64,000 nucleotides of DNA from an uncultured Bacteroides sp. (GCA_964579515.1 CAZOHA010000002.1:145096-209095), one strand, 5' to 3'; shown: positions 28,086-37,326, counted from the stretch's first letter. Made by a program: numbers and translations. Notes: generated from the letters alone by a model not told the origin.

Positions 28086-28601
28086 ATGAAATCCTCAGAG
28101 TTCAAACTTCTGGTAATGCCTTACAGTTCCAGGCTGTTCAGAATGGCCTATCGCCTGATGAACAACCGGGAGGAAGCGGAGGATGTGGTCCAGGAGGTGT
28201 ATGTGAAACTATGGAACATGCGGCAGGATCTCAAGAACATCAAAAGCATCGAGGCACTGGCTGTCCGGATCACACGGAACCTCTGCCTGGATCAGCTGAG
28301 GAGAAGGAAATTAAACCAGGAAGCTCTTGCGGGAGAAAGGATTGAACCTCCCGGAAGGGCTTCCACACCAGAGGAAGAGGTGGAAAGAAACGAGGAGATC
28401 GACCTGATCCATTCTCTGATAGCCTCGCTTCCCGAACCGCAAAGGTCTCTGGTTCATCTCAGGCACCTGGAGGGGAAGGAGTATGAGGAGATTGCCGAGA
28501 TGGTCAACATGAAAGTCAATGCTATCCGGGTCAGTATTTCAAGGGCCCGCAAACAGATGCGGGAGATGCTGGAGAAAAATTATACATCATGGAAAGCCTA
28601 A
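28086..28601 (+). CDS. ECF-type RNA polymerase sigma factor
   Basis: Region 2 (EEAEDVVQEVYVKLW, ALAVRITRNLCLDQLRR) and region 4 (LRHLEGKEYEEIAEMVNMKVNAIRVSISRARKQM). Confidence 0.8.
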   Translation: MKSSEFKLLVMPYSSRLFRMAYRLMNNREEAEDVVQEVYVKLWNMRQDLKNIKSIEALAVRITRNLCLDQLRRRKLNQEALAGERIEPPGRASTPEEEVERNEEIDLIHSLIASLPEPQRSLVHLRHLEGKEYEEIAEMVNMKVNAIRVSISRARKQMREMLEKNYTSWKA

Positions 28602-29164
28602 AGGAGATACGTAAGTTGCTGGAAAGATTCTACCAGGGCGATACTACCCTGGAGGAGGAGCGGCGGATGGAGGCCTATTTCTCTTCAGGGAACGTTCCCG
28701 AAGAGATGCTTCCCGACCGGCAACTCTTTCTTTCTCTCCGGGATGAGGAGGTCAATGTGCCGGTACCGGACGATCTGGACGGGCAAATTCTGGCTGCCAT
28801 TGAACGGGAGGAGAAGAAAGAACTCCGCGGACGCAGAGTCACCCTCTACTCCCTGTCGGGTCTGGCAGCGGGTCTCCTTGCCCTGATCGCTGTATATCTG
28901 TTTTTCCTCAGGGATGACCGGCCCGAACTGGTGGCTTCCCATCAGGATACCTACGAAGATCCGATGGTGGCTTACCAGGAGGCCAAACAGGCGCTTTACT
29001 ATGTATCTTCCAAGCTGAACAGCGGAACCAGTGAACTGGTGCATGTGAAGGAGGTGACCAAAGCCACCGTGGATCCGCTGAAATCGCTTTCCAAAATCAA
29101 CAAAGGGAGTAAGGAACTGAACCTGCTGGGGCAGCTTCAGCGGGCCAGTGAAATTGAAAGATGA
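28589..29164 (+). CDS. hypothetical single-pass membrane protein (anti-sigma-like position)
   Basis: It overlaps the sigma gene by 13 nt and has one TM helix (LAAGLLALIAVYLFFL). No zf-HC2 motif is present. Confidence 0.45.
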   Translation: MESLKEIRKLLERFYQGDTTLEEERRMEAYFSSGNVPEEMLPDRQLFLSLRDEEVNVPVPDDLDGQILAAIEREEKKELRGRRVTLYSLSGLAAGLLALIAVYLFFLRDDRPELVASHQDTYEDPMVAYQEAKQALYYVSSKLNSGTSELVHVKEVTKATVDPLKSLSKINKGSKELNLLGQLQRASEIER

Positions 29165-29216
29165 GTCCATAAGAGTCCGTAAGAGTCCATAAAGTCGTAA
29201 AGTTGTAAAGTTGTAA
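29164..29216. repeat. degenerating tandem array of AGTCCRTAAG / AGTTGTAA units
   Basis: agtccataag agtccgtaag agtccataa agtcgtaa agttgtaa agttgtaa. The array starts at the stop codon of the upstream gene and ends 25 nt before the DUF4252 ATG. Confidence 0.8.
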
Positions 29217-29241
29217 AGTGGAAAATATAAATCTAAATAAG

Positions 29242-29763
29242 ATGAAACGGATAGGAATCAGCGGAGTTTTTGTGTTCCTGGCACTCGCCGTGTTGGGGCA
29301 GCAATCGGCTGTGGACAGGGTGTTCGAAAAATACAGCGGGAGAGAGGGGTATACCACCGTCTATATCTCGAGCTTTATGTTCAACCTGATGAACAGCCTG
29401 GAGGTGGATGATCCCGAGTATGACGAGTTCAAAAAGGCCACTTCGGGAATCAGCTCGATCAAGATCCTGAGTCAGGACGGCGGCAACTCGGAAGCTTTCG
29501 GAAGGGAACTGCTGGATATGCTTCCCAGGGCGGAATACCAGGAACTGATGGTGGTCAAGGAGGAGGACGAAGAGGTGCTTTTTCTGGCCAGGGAGCAGGG
29601 TGGAAGGATCACGGAGTTTCTCCTGATCGTCAGCGGGGATGACGGAAGTGATGCACTGATCGCCATTCAGGGCGACATCGATCTGGAGAGTATTTCGAAA
29701 CTGGCTTCGGGACTGGATATGCCCGGACTCGAGAATCTGGAGGATCTGGAGGAGCGCCCCTAA
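29242..29763 (+). CDS. DUF4252 domain protein (secreted)
   Basis: The ATG is at 29242 (MKRIGISGVFVFLALAVLGQQSAVDRVFEKYSGREGYTTVYIS). It is a paralog of 27549..28046. Confidence 0.65.
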   Translation: MKRIGISGVFVFLALAVLGQQSAVDRVFEKYSGREGYTTVYISSFMFNLMNSLEVDDPEYDEFKKATSGISSIKILSQDGGNSEAFGRELLDMLPRAEYQELMVVKEEDEEVLFLAREQGGRITEFLLIVSGDDGSDALIAIQGDIDLESISKLASGLDMPGLENLEDLEERP

Positions 29764-31133
29764 TAGTAGATCATTTTCTCCACCTTGTTGTTTTTCAGCC
29801 AGTTCTTAAGTATCTGCCTGACATCTCTGTTATCCAGGGCGGGTTTGATACAGTCGAGCATCTCCTCTATACCAAAGTATGCGTCGCTGACCGATAGGTA
29901 TCCGTATCCCATGTACATTCCTTTCTCCACGCGGATCAGACTCCGCTCATCCGGTTCCCGTCCCTGATCCACGATCAGCACATTTCCCCTGTCCAGTTGC
30001 AATCCGTCCAGAAGGGCCTGAGCCCGCCTGTTGTATGCCGACACTGATTCGGCCTGGATGCAGGCTCCGTTGCACTGCCTGATGGAGTGGTGAAAGCAGG
30101 CCCCGTCGGTCTGGTAAAGCCCGCTGAGCTTCTGGCACAGCCAGTGTTTCTTAACCATCCCCGTAAGCATGATACGGGCCTCCTTCTTATTGTTGTAGCA
30201 GGTGACCGGATCGTCGGGCGACTCGGATATTTTTTGAAGACGGAAGGTCATATAGCCGAATTGATCCTTCCCCGAATAGAGTCCCCAGTAGTAGCTGGAG
30301 CGCTTCTGGGCCCTGTTATACAGGGGTTTCTGATCCTTAATCTCTTTCGATTCCTTAAGAAGTGCGATCAGCTCGCTTCCGGTGAGTTCGAATGAGACTG
30401 TATGGATGCGCTCCTTCAGCTCCACCGCCCTTTTGCTGGAAGCATTGCCCAGGTGAGAGAGCACTCTGTGACGGATGTTCTTGCTTTTTCCTATATAGAG
30501 AAGCTGATGGTTTTCGTCATGGAAATAATAGGTTCCGCATGCTTCCGGCAAGTTTTCAATGTCGGAGACCGATAAATGATCGTTGAGGTTCTTATACCGG
30601 ACCGACGATTTTTCCAGCAGTTCGGGAACACCGGCACCATTCTGTTTTTCGCGCACCATCTCGAAGAGCCTTACAGTAGCCAGCGCATCTCCGGCAGCAC
30701 GGTGCCGGCCTCGGATCTCGATACCCAGTTCTTTGCAGATTTTTCCCAGCCCGTAGGAGGGATAACCGGGGAAACACTTCCTTGTCAACTTGATTGTGCA
30801 TAATGTGTCTCTCTGGTAATCAAATCCAAGCCGTCTGTACTCGCTTTTTATGAAAGAGTAGTCGAACTGGATGTTGTGACCGACCAGGATGTGATTTTCT
30901 GTTTTCTCCACAAGTTCTTTGGCCACCTCAAAGAATCTTGGGGCGTCGGACACCATTTCATTGGTTATGCCGGTAAGTCCGGTAATGAAATAGGGGATCG
31001 GTTTTTCAGGATTGATCAGTGTGCACCACTCACCAACCACTTCGTTCCCGTCGTGGAAGAAGATGGCGATTTCGGTGATTTTTTCAGTTTTGGGACTTCC
31101 TCCGGTGGTCTCGATGTCAAGAATGGCATACAT
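29760..31133 (-). CDS. DnaQ-like 3'-5' exonuclease fused to a GIY-YIG nuclease domain
   Basis: The Exo I-III motifs are AILDIETTG, LVGHNIQFDYSF and HRAAGDALAT. They are followed by a GIY-YIG region (GTYYFHDENHQLLYIGKSKNIRHRVLSH). Confidence 0.8.
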   Translation of the reverse strand: MYAILDIETTGGSPKTEKITEIAIFFHDGNEVVGEWCTLINPEKPIPYFITGLTGITNEMVSDAPRFFEVAKELVEKTENHILVGHNIQFDYSFIKSEYRRLGFDYQRDTLCTIKLTRKCFPGYPSYGLGKICKELGIEIRGRHRAAGDALATVRLFEMVREKQNGAGVPELLEKSSVRYKNLNDHLSVSDIENLPEACGTYYFHDENHQLLYIGKSKNIRHRVLSHLGNASSKRAVELKERIHTVSFELTGSELIALLKESKEIKDQKPLYNRAQKRSSYYWGLYSGKDQFGYMTFRLQKISESPDDPVTCYNNKKEARIMLTGMVKKHWLCQKLSGLYQTDGACFHHSIRQCNGACIQAESVSAYNRRAQALLDGLQLDRGNVLIVDQGREPDERSLIRVEKGMYMGYGYLSVSDAYFGIEEMLDCIKPALDNRDVRQILKNWLKNNKVEKMIYY

Positions 31134-31157
31134 GACTCATACTCCCCGACCAGGTCC

Positions 31158-31313
31158 TCACTGATCCTCATTTCCTCCACCGGAGGATTTGCCTTCGTCC
31201 TTCCGTTCCATCCTTTGAAAGGGGTAGGCGGGTTTTCTCTTTCGCGGTCTCCGCACTCCGTAGCTTCCCATGAACAGTTTGCCCCTTCGGGTTTTTCTGT
31301 CACCTTTTCCCAT
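31158..31313 (-). CDS. 30S ribosomal protein bTHX
   Basis: This 51-codon ORF is below the track cut-off: [51 protein letters not shown]. The first ~25 residues match the conserved THX core (MGKGD-K/R-x-RRGK...G-x-YG-x-RRPRK). Confidence 0.7.
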   Translation of the reverse strand: MGKGDRKTRRGKLFMGSYGVRRPRKRKPAYPFQRMERKDEGKSSGGGNEDQ

Positions 31314-31399
31314 GATGAAAATAGATTGGAATTGGTGAGGTGAATATAAGAAAAATCAGGGGGTGAACAAAGGGAGGGATCAACGGTAAGATCAATGGG

Positions 31400-31870
31400 C
31401 TAATCTTCGGGAATAAAGTCGATCGAGACCGAGTTCACACAGTGCCGGGTATTCTTCTCGGTGAAACCCTCGCCGAGGAATACGTGCCCAAGGTGGCCCC
31501 CGCAGTTGGTGCAAATGATCTCTGTCCGGAGACCATCCGCATCCGGGACCCGCTTCACCGCACCTTCGATCTCATCGTCGAAGCTGGGCCATCCGCAATT
31601 GCTGTCGAATTTATCTCCCGAACGGTAGAGCGGAGCGTTACAGCGCTTGCAGACATAGACCCCTTTCTCTTTATGGTCCACAAATTCGCCCGACCAGGGA
31701 CGCTCTGTTCCCTTTTTCAGTATTACATACTCCTCGAAAGGTGTGAGTTCATTATAGTCTTCCGGATTCATAATCAATTTCTTAACGGGCTTGCGCGTAT
31801 TTTCCGGTTCCTGGGCGCAACCAGTCACGGTCCATGCCAGCAAGCATATGGTGAATAATATTTTTATCAT
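31400..31870 (-). CDS. msrB: peptide-methionine (R)-S-oxide reductase MsrB, secreted/lipoprotein form
   Basis: It has a signal peptide (LLAWTVTGC), CxxC...CxxC zinc site ([20 protein letters not shown]), GWPSF and RHCVNS motifs. Confidence 0.9.
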   Translation of the reverse strand: MIKILFTICLLAWTVTGCAQEPENTRKPVKKLIMNPEDYNELTPFEEYVILKKGTERPWSGEFVDHKEKGVYVCKRCNAPLYRSGDKFDSNCGWPSFDDEIEGAVKRVPDADGLRTEIICTNCGGHLGHVFLGEGFTEKNTRHCVNSVSIDFIPED

Positions 31871-31945
31871 GTATCTAAATAAACTTTAAATGAGCAGTGA
31901 AGCAGGGCAGGAGATAATTTTATAACAGCTGCTGCGGAAAAGAGT

Positions 31946-33055
31946 TCAATTCCAGAGACCCGGTATCGAATGACCGCATCCGGAACAGTTCCCGCGGTCC
32001 AGTTCATTCCGGGTGATGCGGTACCCCGAACGGCCGATCACCACCTCTCCGCAACGGGGACAGACAGTATCTGTGGCGTTGTTGCCCGGTACGTTGCCGA
32101 TGTATACATAACGGAGCCCTTCCGACCGGGCGATCTGGCTGGCTTTCTCCAGGGTCCTGACCGGTGTGGCGGGAAGGCGCTGGAGTTTATACTGGGGATG
32201 AAACCGGCTGAAATGCAGGGGTGTATCTTCGAAACCATTGGTCAATAACCAGTTGCACATTCTTTTGATCATCTCCATATCATCGGTCCAGGAGGGGACC
32301 ACCAGATTGGTGATCTCGAGCCAGACCCCTTCATTTTTGAGGGTTTTCAGTGTTTCCAATACCGGTCCCAGCTTACCTGCATTGAGCTTCAGGTAAATAG
32401 TATCATCCATCGACTTGAGGTCAATGTTGGCCCCGTCGATCACCCGGCAGAGATTCAGAAGCGGATCCCTTTGGATATACCCGGCCGACACCAAAACGTT
32501 ATAGATTCCCTCCTCATGAGCCAGCCGGGCCGAATCGTATGTGTATTCGTAAAAGGTGATCGGTTCCGAGTAGGTGTAGGCGATGCTGCGGCACCCATAA
32601 GAGATAGCATTGGATACCACCTGATCGGGCATCAGGTCGTAATTCTTAGTCTCTTCGGGTGATGATTGAGAAATGGTCCAGTTCTGACAGTTGAGGCATG
32701 CCAGGTTGCAACCGGCCGTGGCGATGGAGAAGGCCTTCGTGCCGGGAACAAAATGGTATAGTGGTTTCTTTTCGATGGGATCCAGGTGCACCGCACAGGG
32801 GTTCCCGTAGGCAATGGTGTAAAGCTTTCCGTCATAGACCCTCCGGTTGTGGCAATCACTCAGTTCTCCTTCTTTCAGGGTGCATTCATTGGGGCAGATC
32901 AGGCAGCGTATCCCTTTAGGGGTCTCTGCCTGGTACATCGCCTCCTTGCTCCATTTCCATCTTTTGTCGGTTTCTCCTGCCGTTAACGGTGCGGGGCAGA
33001 AAAATGCTCCGGCGGTCCCGCAGAGGCCGGTCTTCAGAAAAGTCCGCTTGTCCAT
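31946..33055 (-). CDS. amrS: AmmeMemoRadiSam system radical SAM enzyme with a Tat-like leader
   Basis: The ORF 31946..33703 was trimmed to the ATG at 33055, which is preceded by GGAAGGAG. The N-terminus MDKRTFLKTGLCGTAGAFFCPAPLTAG is a K-R variant of the S/T-R-R-x-F-L-K Tat motif. The radical SAM cluster is AGCNLACLNCQNW. The C-terminus has CPRCG...CSGCG. Confidence 0.85.
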   Translation of the reverse strand: MDKRTFLKTGLCGTAGAFFCPAPLTAGETDKRWKWSKEAMYQAETPKGIRCLICPNECTLKEGELSDCHNRRVYDGKLYTIAYGNPCAVHLDPIEKKPLYHFVPGTKAFSIATAGCNLACLNCQNWTISQSSPEETKNYDLMPDQVVSNAISYGCRSIAYTYSEPITFYEYTYDSARLAHEEGIYNVLVSAGYIQRDPLLNLCRVIDGANIDLKSMDDTIYLKLNAGKLGPVLETLKTLKNEGVWLEITNLVVPSWTDDMEMIKRMCNWLLTNGFEDTPLHFSRFHPQYKLQRLPATPVRTLEKASQIARSEGLRYVYIGNVPGNNATDTVCPRCGEVVIGRSGYRITRNELDRGNCSGCGHSIPGLWN

Positions 33056-33069
33056 ATCCGTCTCCTTCC

Positions 33070-35613
33070 TCACTGCCTTGTCCAAAGGTAGAGCCCGGCA
33101 GCCATATTCATTCCAGCCAGCAAGATAAAAGTATTTGGGATTCCGATCAAGGGCATGATAAACAGCGAGGGGATCAATGTGCCCAGTGCCGCGCCGGCCA
33201 GGTCCGCACTGAAAAGGGTTCCGATGTAGGAGGAGACACTTCCTTTCGAGACAGATCTTAAACGTATGATGGACAGTGATATACTGTATATTATCCCCAC
33301 CATCAGGCCCGGCAGGACATTCAGCAGGATCAGAAGTGATTGTCCGATCCAACCGGTGCGAAAGAGTTCTTCCCGGGGAAGCAACCACGCGGTGAGGAGT
33401 GCGGTAAGTCCCATCATTCCGGACATAATGGCAAGTGAAGAGGGACCGGGAGTATGCCAGATTCTTTTCCACAGCAGGGTACCGGCAACGATTCCCCCCA
33501 TGAACAGAGTGATCAGAAGGGGGGCGGCCAGGTAGGCCACTCCGAAGCGGGACTGATAAACGAAAATGATCAGAATCTGAATACCGGCCCCGGTAAATCC
33601 TGCGATGTACATTCCGGAGGTCAGCGGACGATAGGTAAAAAGGAGGAAAAGGAATACCAGACTGCCCAGGATTCCAACCGCCGGAAGGGTGTAGGTTCCC
33701 CACCTTGACTGGAGGGTGGTGAGACTGGCTAAGAAGAGAGTGGGCCGGAGGTCGCGGTTGATAGTTACTTCCGGATTTTTCAGTCTGTCCATCAGCTGGT
33801 CATGATCGAAGCGGAGGCTGGCAATGTCGAGGTAATCAGGGTGCACATAGGTGGTCGGGATAGGGTGCTGCTCCAGGAGGTCAATGAAATCGAGCGACAG
33901 GGAACTGTCCGAAGCCAGAAAGTAGGTGGAATTCCCGGGGACTACCAGGATGTGACGGAAGACACGCTGAAGAGTTCGATAATTGACAGAGAGCTCCTCC
34001 ATCCCCGGTTCATTGATGTAATTGCCGCTGGTGGTCAGCTGCATGCAGAAGATACCCCCTCCGGAGAGCCGCTCTCTGACCAGCCGGAAAAACTCCAGGG
34101 AGAAATACCGGTTCCATCCCAGGGTCACCGGATTTCCTGCCATGGAGATGATCACATCGTAGCTTACAGTGTCATTTTCCCGGAGCCATTTTCGACCTCC
34201 TGTCTCTATTACATTCATCTTCTCCAGATGGGCAGAGGGCAGAAAGCGGCTGCCCACCTCGATCAGCCGGGGATCCATTTCGCAGTAATCCACTCTGGAA
34301 GGACGGTATTTCAGTACCTCTGCGGCTACCTCACCGAGCCCTCCCCCCAGCAGGAGGAACCGGTCCGGATCGGGATGTTGCAGGGCGGGGTAGTGGACGC
34401 TCTCCTCCGACCGGGCCGGGTCGAATGAACTGAGTATGGGATTTCGGTCCATGTAACCGGTCACCTGTCCCGCCTGCATGGTGAAGGTCAGATTTCCGAA
34501 AGGGGTATCCTCTGTGGCGGCCACCTCCCGGTGGCGATAACTCCATCCTTCGATCTCTTCGGGAACTCCGGGTAACAACAGTAAAACTGCTGTAAGTGAG
34601 GCCCCTGTCAGCAGCAGCAACCGTTTCCATCGCCCCGCGGGATAACGGAAAAACCAGGCCATGGCTGCAGAGGTTCCGGCGAACAGGAGTCCCAGGACCT
34701 GAATATTATCCAGGAAGAAGATCAGGAAAAGGCTGAATAATCCTCCCCCTGCCAGGGCCCCCATGGAGTCGTAACGGTAGAAGGATTCATCGCCGGGTCG
34801 ATCCCCGCGGGAGCCAGATCGTTCACCGGAGAAGCTGGTTTTTTCTCTGAGGGACCGGGCAATGTATCCGAAAAGAAATCCCGAGGTCAGTGTGAACAGG
34901 CTGAGCAAAAGCAGGATATCGGTCACAGATGCCAGCAGTCCGGGCAGGAATCCCGGAAGGAATATGAACCGGGTCACCCCGATCTGTAACAGGTAGATGA
35001 CCAGGGGAATGCCTCCGAGAAAAAGGATGGTGCGCCAGAGAGAACCGGGTCTGATCGCTCCGGGGTATTGCGCCCCGGTCCGGGCTCCGGCAGCGGTGAG
35101 GATCATCCAGAGCGCCAGGTATACCCCGATATAGAGTTCATTCCCGTGGAAGGTCTTAACGAATGTTCTCAGCAGAACCAGCTGGGCGATCATGCTTACC
35201 ATGCCCATCAGAACGAACAGGCGTTTGATCTGCAAGTTGTTCAATGATAGGTGTTTCGACTCCTGATGCAGGTCCGCCTGGCCGGCTGGCGGGGTGGCTT
35301 TTCCCAGCCGGAGGAAATAGCGGAAATGCCATATAATATGGAACAGGGAAACAATGGTCAGCCCGATTCCCATATCCACATGCCACTGAAGGGCCTGATC
35401 GAGCCAGGGGAGATCCAGCTTGTAATTGACCCTGATGGCCAGAAGAATTCCCAGAAGTGCTGTGGAGAGGAAAAAGAAAAGCAGCAGGAAATTCCATAAT
35501 TTCCGGTGACGGGATCTGCCTATGATTCTGTATCTGACCCCCATCAGTCCCAGCAGGTAGGCGGCGATCAGCAGTAAACCCAGAGAGAAAAGGTGATAAG
35601 GGCCCTGGCTCAT
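33070..35613 (-). CDS. large polytopic membrane protein with an embedded spermidine-synthase-like fold (fused MFS/spermidine synthase type)
   Basis: 847 aa. The N-terminal helices carry a His motif (WHVDMGIGLTIVSLFHIIWHF), followed by ~8 TM helices. The soluble domain has LLLGGGLGEVAAEVLK, VDYCEMDPRLIE and YDVIISMAGNP. About 6 further TM helices follow. Its start overlaps the upstream stop (ATGA). Confidence 0.7.
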   Translation of the reverse strand: MSQGPYHLFSLGLLLIAAYLLGLMGVRYRIIGRSRHRKLWNFLLLFFFLSTALLGILLAIRVNYKLDLPWLDQALQWHVDMGIGLTIVSLFHIIWHFRYFLRLGKATPPAGQADLHQESKHLSLNNLQIKRLFVLMGMVSMIAQLVLLRTFVKTFHGNELYIGVYLALWMILTAAGARTGAQYPGAIRPGSLWRTILFLGGIPLVIYLLQIGVTRFIFLPGFLPGLLASVTDILLLLSLFTLTSGFLFGYIARSLREKTSFSGERSGSRGDRPGDESFYRYDSMGALAGGGLFSLFLIFFLDNIQVLGLLFAGTSAAMAWFFRYPAGRWKRLLLLTGASLTAVLLLLPGVPEEIEGWSYRHREVAATEDTPFGNLTFTMQAGQVTGYMDRNPILSSFDPARSEESVHYPALQHPDPDRFLLLGGGLGEVAAEVLKYRPSRVDYCEMDPRLIEVGSRFLPSAHLEKMNVIETGGRKWLRENDTVSYDVIISMAGNPVTLGWNRYFSLEFFRLVRERLSGGGIFCMQLTTSGNYINEPGMEELSVNYRTLQRVFRHILVVPGNSTYFLASDSSLSLDFIDLLEQHPIPTTYVHPDYLDIASLRFDHDQLMDRLKNPEVTINRDLRPTLFLASLTTLQSRWGTYTLPAVGILGSLVFLFLLFTYRPLTSGMYIAGFTGAGIQILIIFVYQSRFGVAYLAAPLLITLFMGGIVAGTLLWKRIWHTPGPSSLAIMSGMMGLTALLTAWLLPREELFRTGWIGQSLLILLNVLPGLMVGIIYSISLSIIRLRSVSKGSVSSYIGTLFSADLAGAALGTLIPSLFIMPLIGIPNTFILLAGMNMAAGLYLWTRQ

Positions 35614-37283
35614 GGTTCGGCCCCCTCACCGAATACGATCGCCTCGTAAGTGTAAAGGTCCGCCTCCTTCCAGCCTTCCCATCCAATACCTGCCTTTTCC
35701 CTGGCACAATGTCCCAGGAAATCTTCCCTGGACCAGTTTCTGTCTTCAGCCACCTGGGGAAGAAAGGTGCCCGACCTTCCATCTTTCGTCATGTAAATCC
35801 CATGCCGGCCCAATTCTAGTTCTTCCACCGACCGGATTAGTTTCAGGGGGGTGAGAACAGAGATTTCGATACGGAGATACTCCAGTTCAGGTGGTTCCAC
35901 TGCGGCAAAACGGCTGTCCCGCATGGCCGCAGAGAGGGTCATCTCCTGAATGGTCCGGTAAAGCGGACCGGATGAGTTGAAATGGCCGATACAACCGCGC
36001 AAACGGTCCCCCATATAAAGGCTTACAAAGGCTCCCGCAGGCATAGTTAAGGAAGCTGGCAGATCCGCTTCGTCTACCAAAGGGATTTCTCCTGTCAGCA
36101 GATAGCTCTCCAGGGTCTTTCTGGAAATGGTAAGCAGCCGGTCCTTGTCTTCCGGTCTCATCTGGAGTAAGGCTTCTGAAGGATCCGCAGCCCGTGCGGC
36201 AATGGCCCAGTAACCCACCACCCGGGACCGGTCGCCCTGGGTAGCATCTCCCGAATTCATATACCTTATCGCCTCGAAGACCAGGTCATCGCGCCTCTGA
36301 GACATATAGAGAAGGGTCAGTATGGAACTCCAGCCGCAGCAGGAGGTGGCCAGGTTGGGGATCCCCTCGCGGCTGTTCTTCCGGAGGGTATTGTAGAAAC
36401 TGGAAGGATCGCCGGTCAGAATGGCATCGGCGGTCCGGCGGTCCACTCTCAGAGCATTTTCATAGGGTGGGTAGTGGGAGAAGTCGGAGCTGATGACAAA
36501 TAAGTTTTCTGCGGTGTAATAGGGCAGGAGTGCCCCGGCCAGGTCTCTGGCGTTCTCTACGCTGGAAGAGCCCATGACGATGGGGACGATGGGAGGCAGC
36601 TCGCTGAAGCGGTGCTGCAGAAAAGGCAGCTGCACTTCGATGCTGTGCTCCCTGTCGTGTGCCTCCGGCAGGAAACTCAGGTGGGGGTGGCTGTCGATCA
36701 GTTTCTTCGCCAGATCCCTGTTCACCTCCACCTCTCCCAGAGGGGTGAAATAATTTCCGGCGGAATAGATGGAAGAACCCGTAAACTGCTCCCGGTGAGA
36801 TGAAGCTATGATGAAGATGTTATCGTATGAGGATCTGGAAGGAAGACTCTTATAACCCGCAGCGGCCACCTCTCCGGAGTAGGCATATCCTGCGTGGGGA
36901 ACGATGAGCGACTGGATCCTCCCCTTTTGTTCTGAAGGTTCGGCATCAGACATGAGCTTCTTAAGGGCCGGTTCCAGAGCTTCCGGGCGGGCAGGATAGA
37001 AACTGCCGGCCACGGCCGGGTAACGGTGCACCGGATCGCCCGGCGTCTGGGCAGCCAGAGCGGTCAGGAAACAGGAGAGAAGGATGGTCGCCGCGGTGCG
37101 CATGAGGGTAAAATTAACCATATTCTCCAGTTTTTTATGGAGTTCGATGCGTTTATCCTTATTTCTTGTTTCCAGGTCCATGGCGACCTGTGCCACCTGC
37201 CTGTCCACATGGAAACGGAGATAGAGGGCCTTCACCTCTTCCTTCGAAAACATCCCGAGAGTTTTAGGTAATGAATTGTTCAT
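35610..37283 (-). CDS. fused AmmeMemoRadiSam system protein B (Memo) and protein A (AMMECR1)
   Basis: The Memo half has GSFYP, IVPHAGYAYSG, SSDFSHY and CGW. The AMMECR1 half has GAFVSLY, LRGCIGHF, DSRF and GTFLPQV. An internal hydrophobic segment MRTAATILLSCFLTALAAQ suggests the true start is 37121 or 37103, giving a signal peptide. The longest-ORF start at 37283 is kept as the outer bound. Confidence 0.85.
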   Translation of the reverse strand: MNNSLPKTLGMFSKEEVKALYLRFHVDRQVAQVAMDLETRNKDKRIELHKKLENMVNFTLMRTAATILLSCFLTALAAQTPGDPVHRYPAVAGSFYPARPEALEPALKKLMSDAEPSEQKGRIQSLIVPHAGYAYSGEVAAAGYKSLPSRSSYDNIFIIASSHREQFTGSSIYSAGNYFTPLGEVEVNRDLAKKLIDSHPHLSFLPEAHDREHSIEVQLPFLQHRFSELPPIVPIVMGSSSVENARDLAGALLPYYTAENLFVISSDFSHYPPYENALRVDRRTADAILTGDPSSFYNTLRKNSREGIPNLATSCCGWSSILTLLYMSQRRDDLVFEAIRYMNSGDATQGDRSRVVGYWAIAARAADPSEALLQMRPEDKDRLLTISRKTLESYLLTGEIPLVDEADLPASLTMPAGAFVSLYMGDRLRGCIGHFNSSGPLYRTIQEMTLSAAMRDSRFAAVEPPELEYLRIEISVLTPLKLIRSVEELELGRHGIYMTKDGRSGTFLPQVAEDRNWSREDFLGHCAREKAGIGWEGWKEADLYTYEAIVFGEGAEP

Positions 37284-37326
37284 TTGTTCGTATATTGGGG
37301 ATCACTTGATCACCGAAACTGCTGTT

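Noticed and set aside
29164-29216. Tandem short repeats here (and at 60961..61006) considered as a CRISPR array
   Set aside because: The units are 8-10 nt and contiguous, with no spacers, and no cas genes lie in the window.
33056-33703. N-terminal 216-codon extension of the radical SAM ORF (31946..33703)
   Set aside because: The extension overlaps the 3' end of the upstream membrane-protein gene in another frame and has no motifs. An ATG at 33055 with a GGAAGGAG RBS gives a Tat-like leader and the normal AmrS length.
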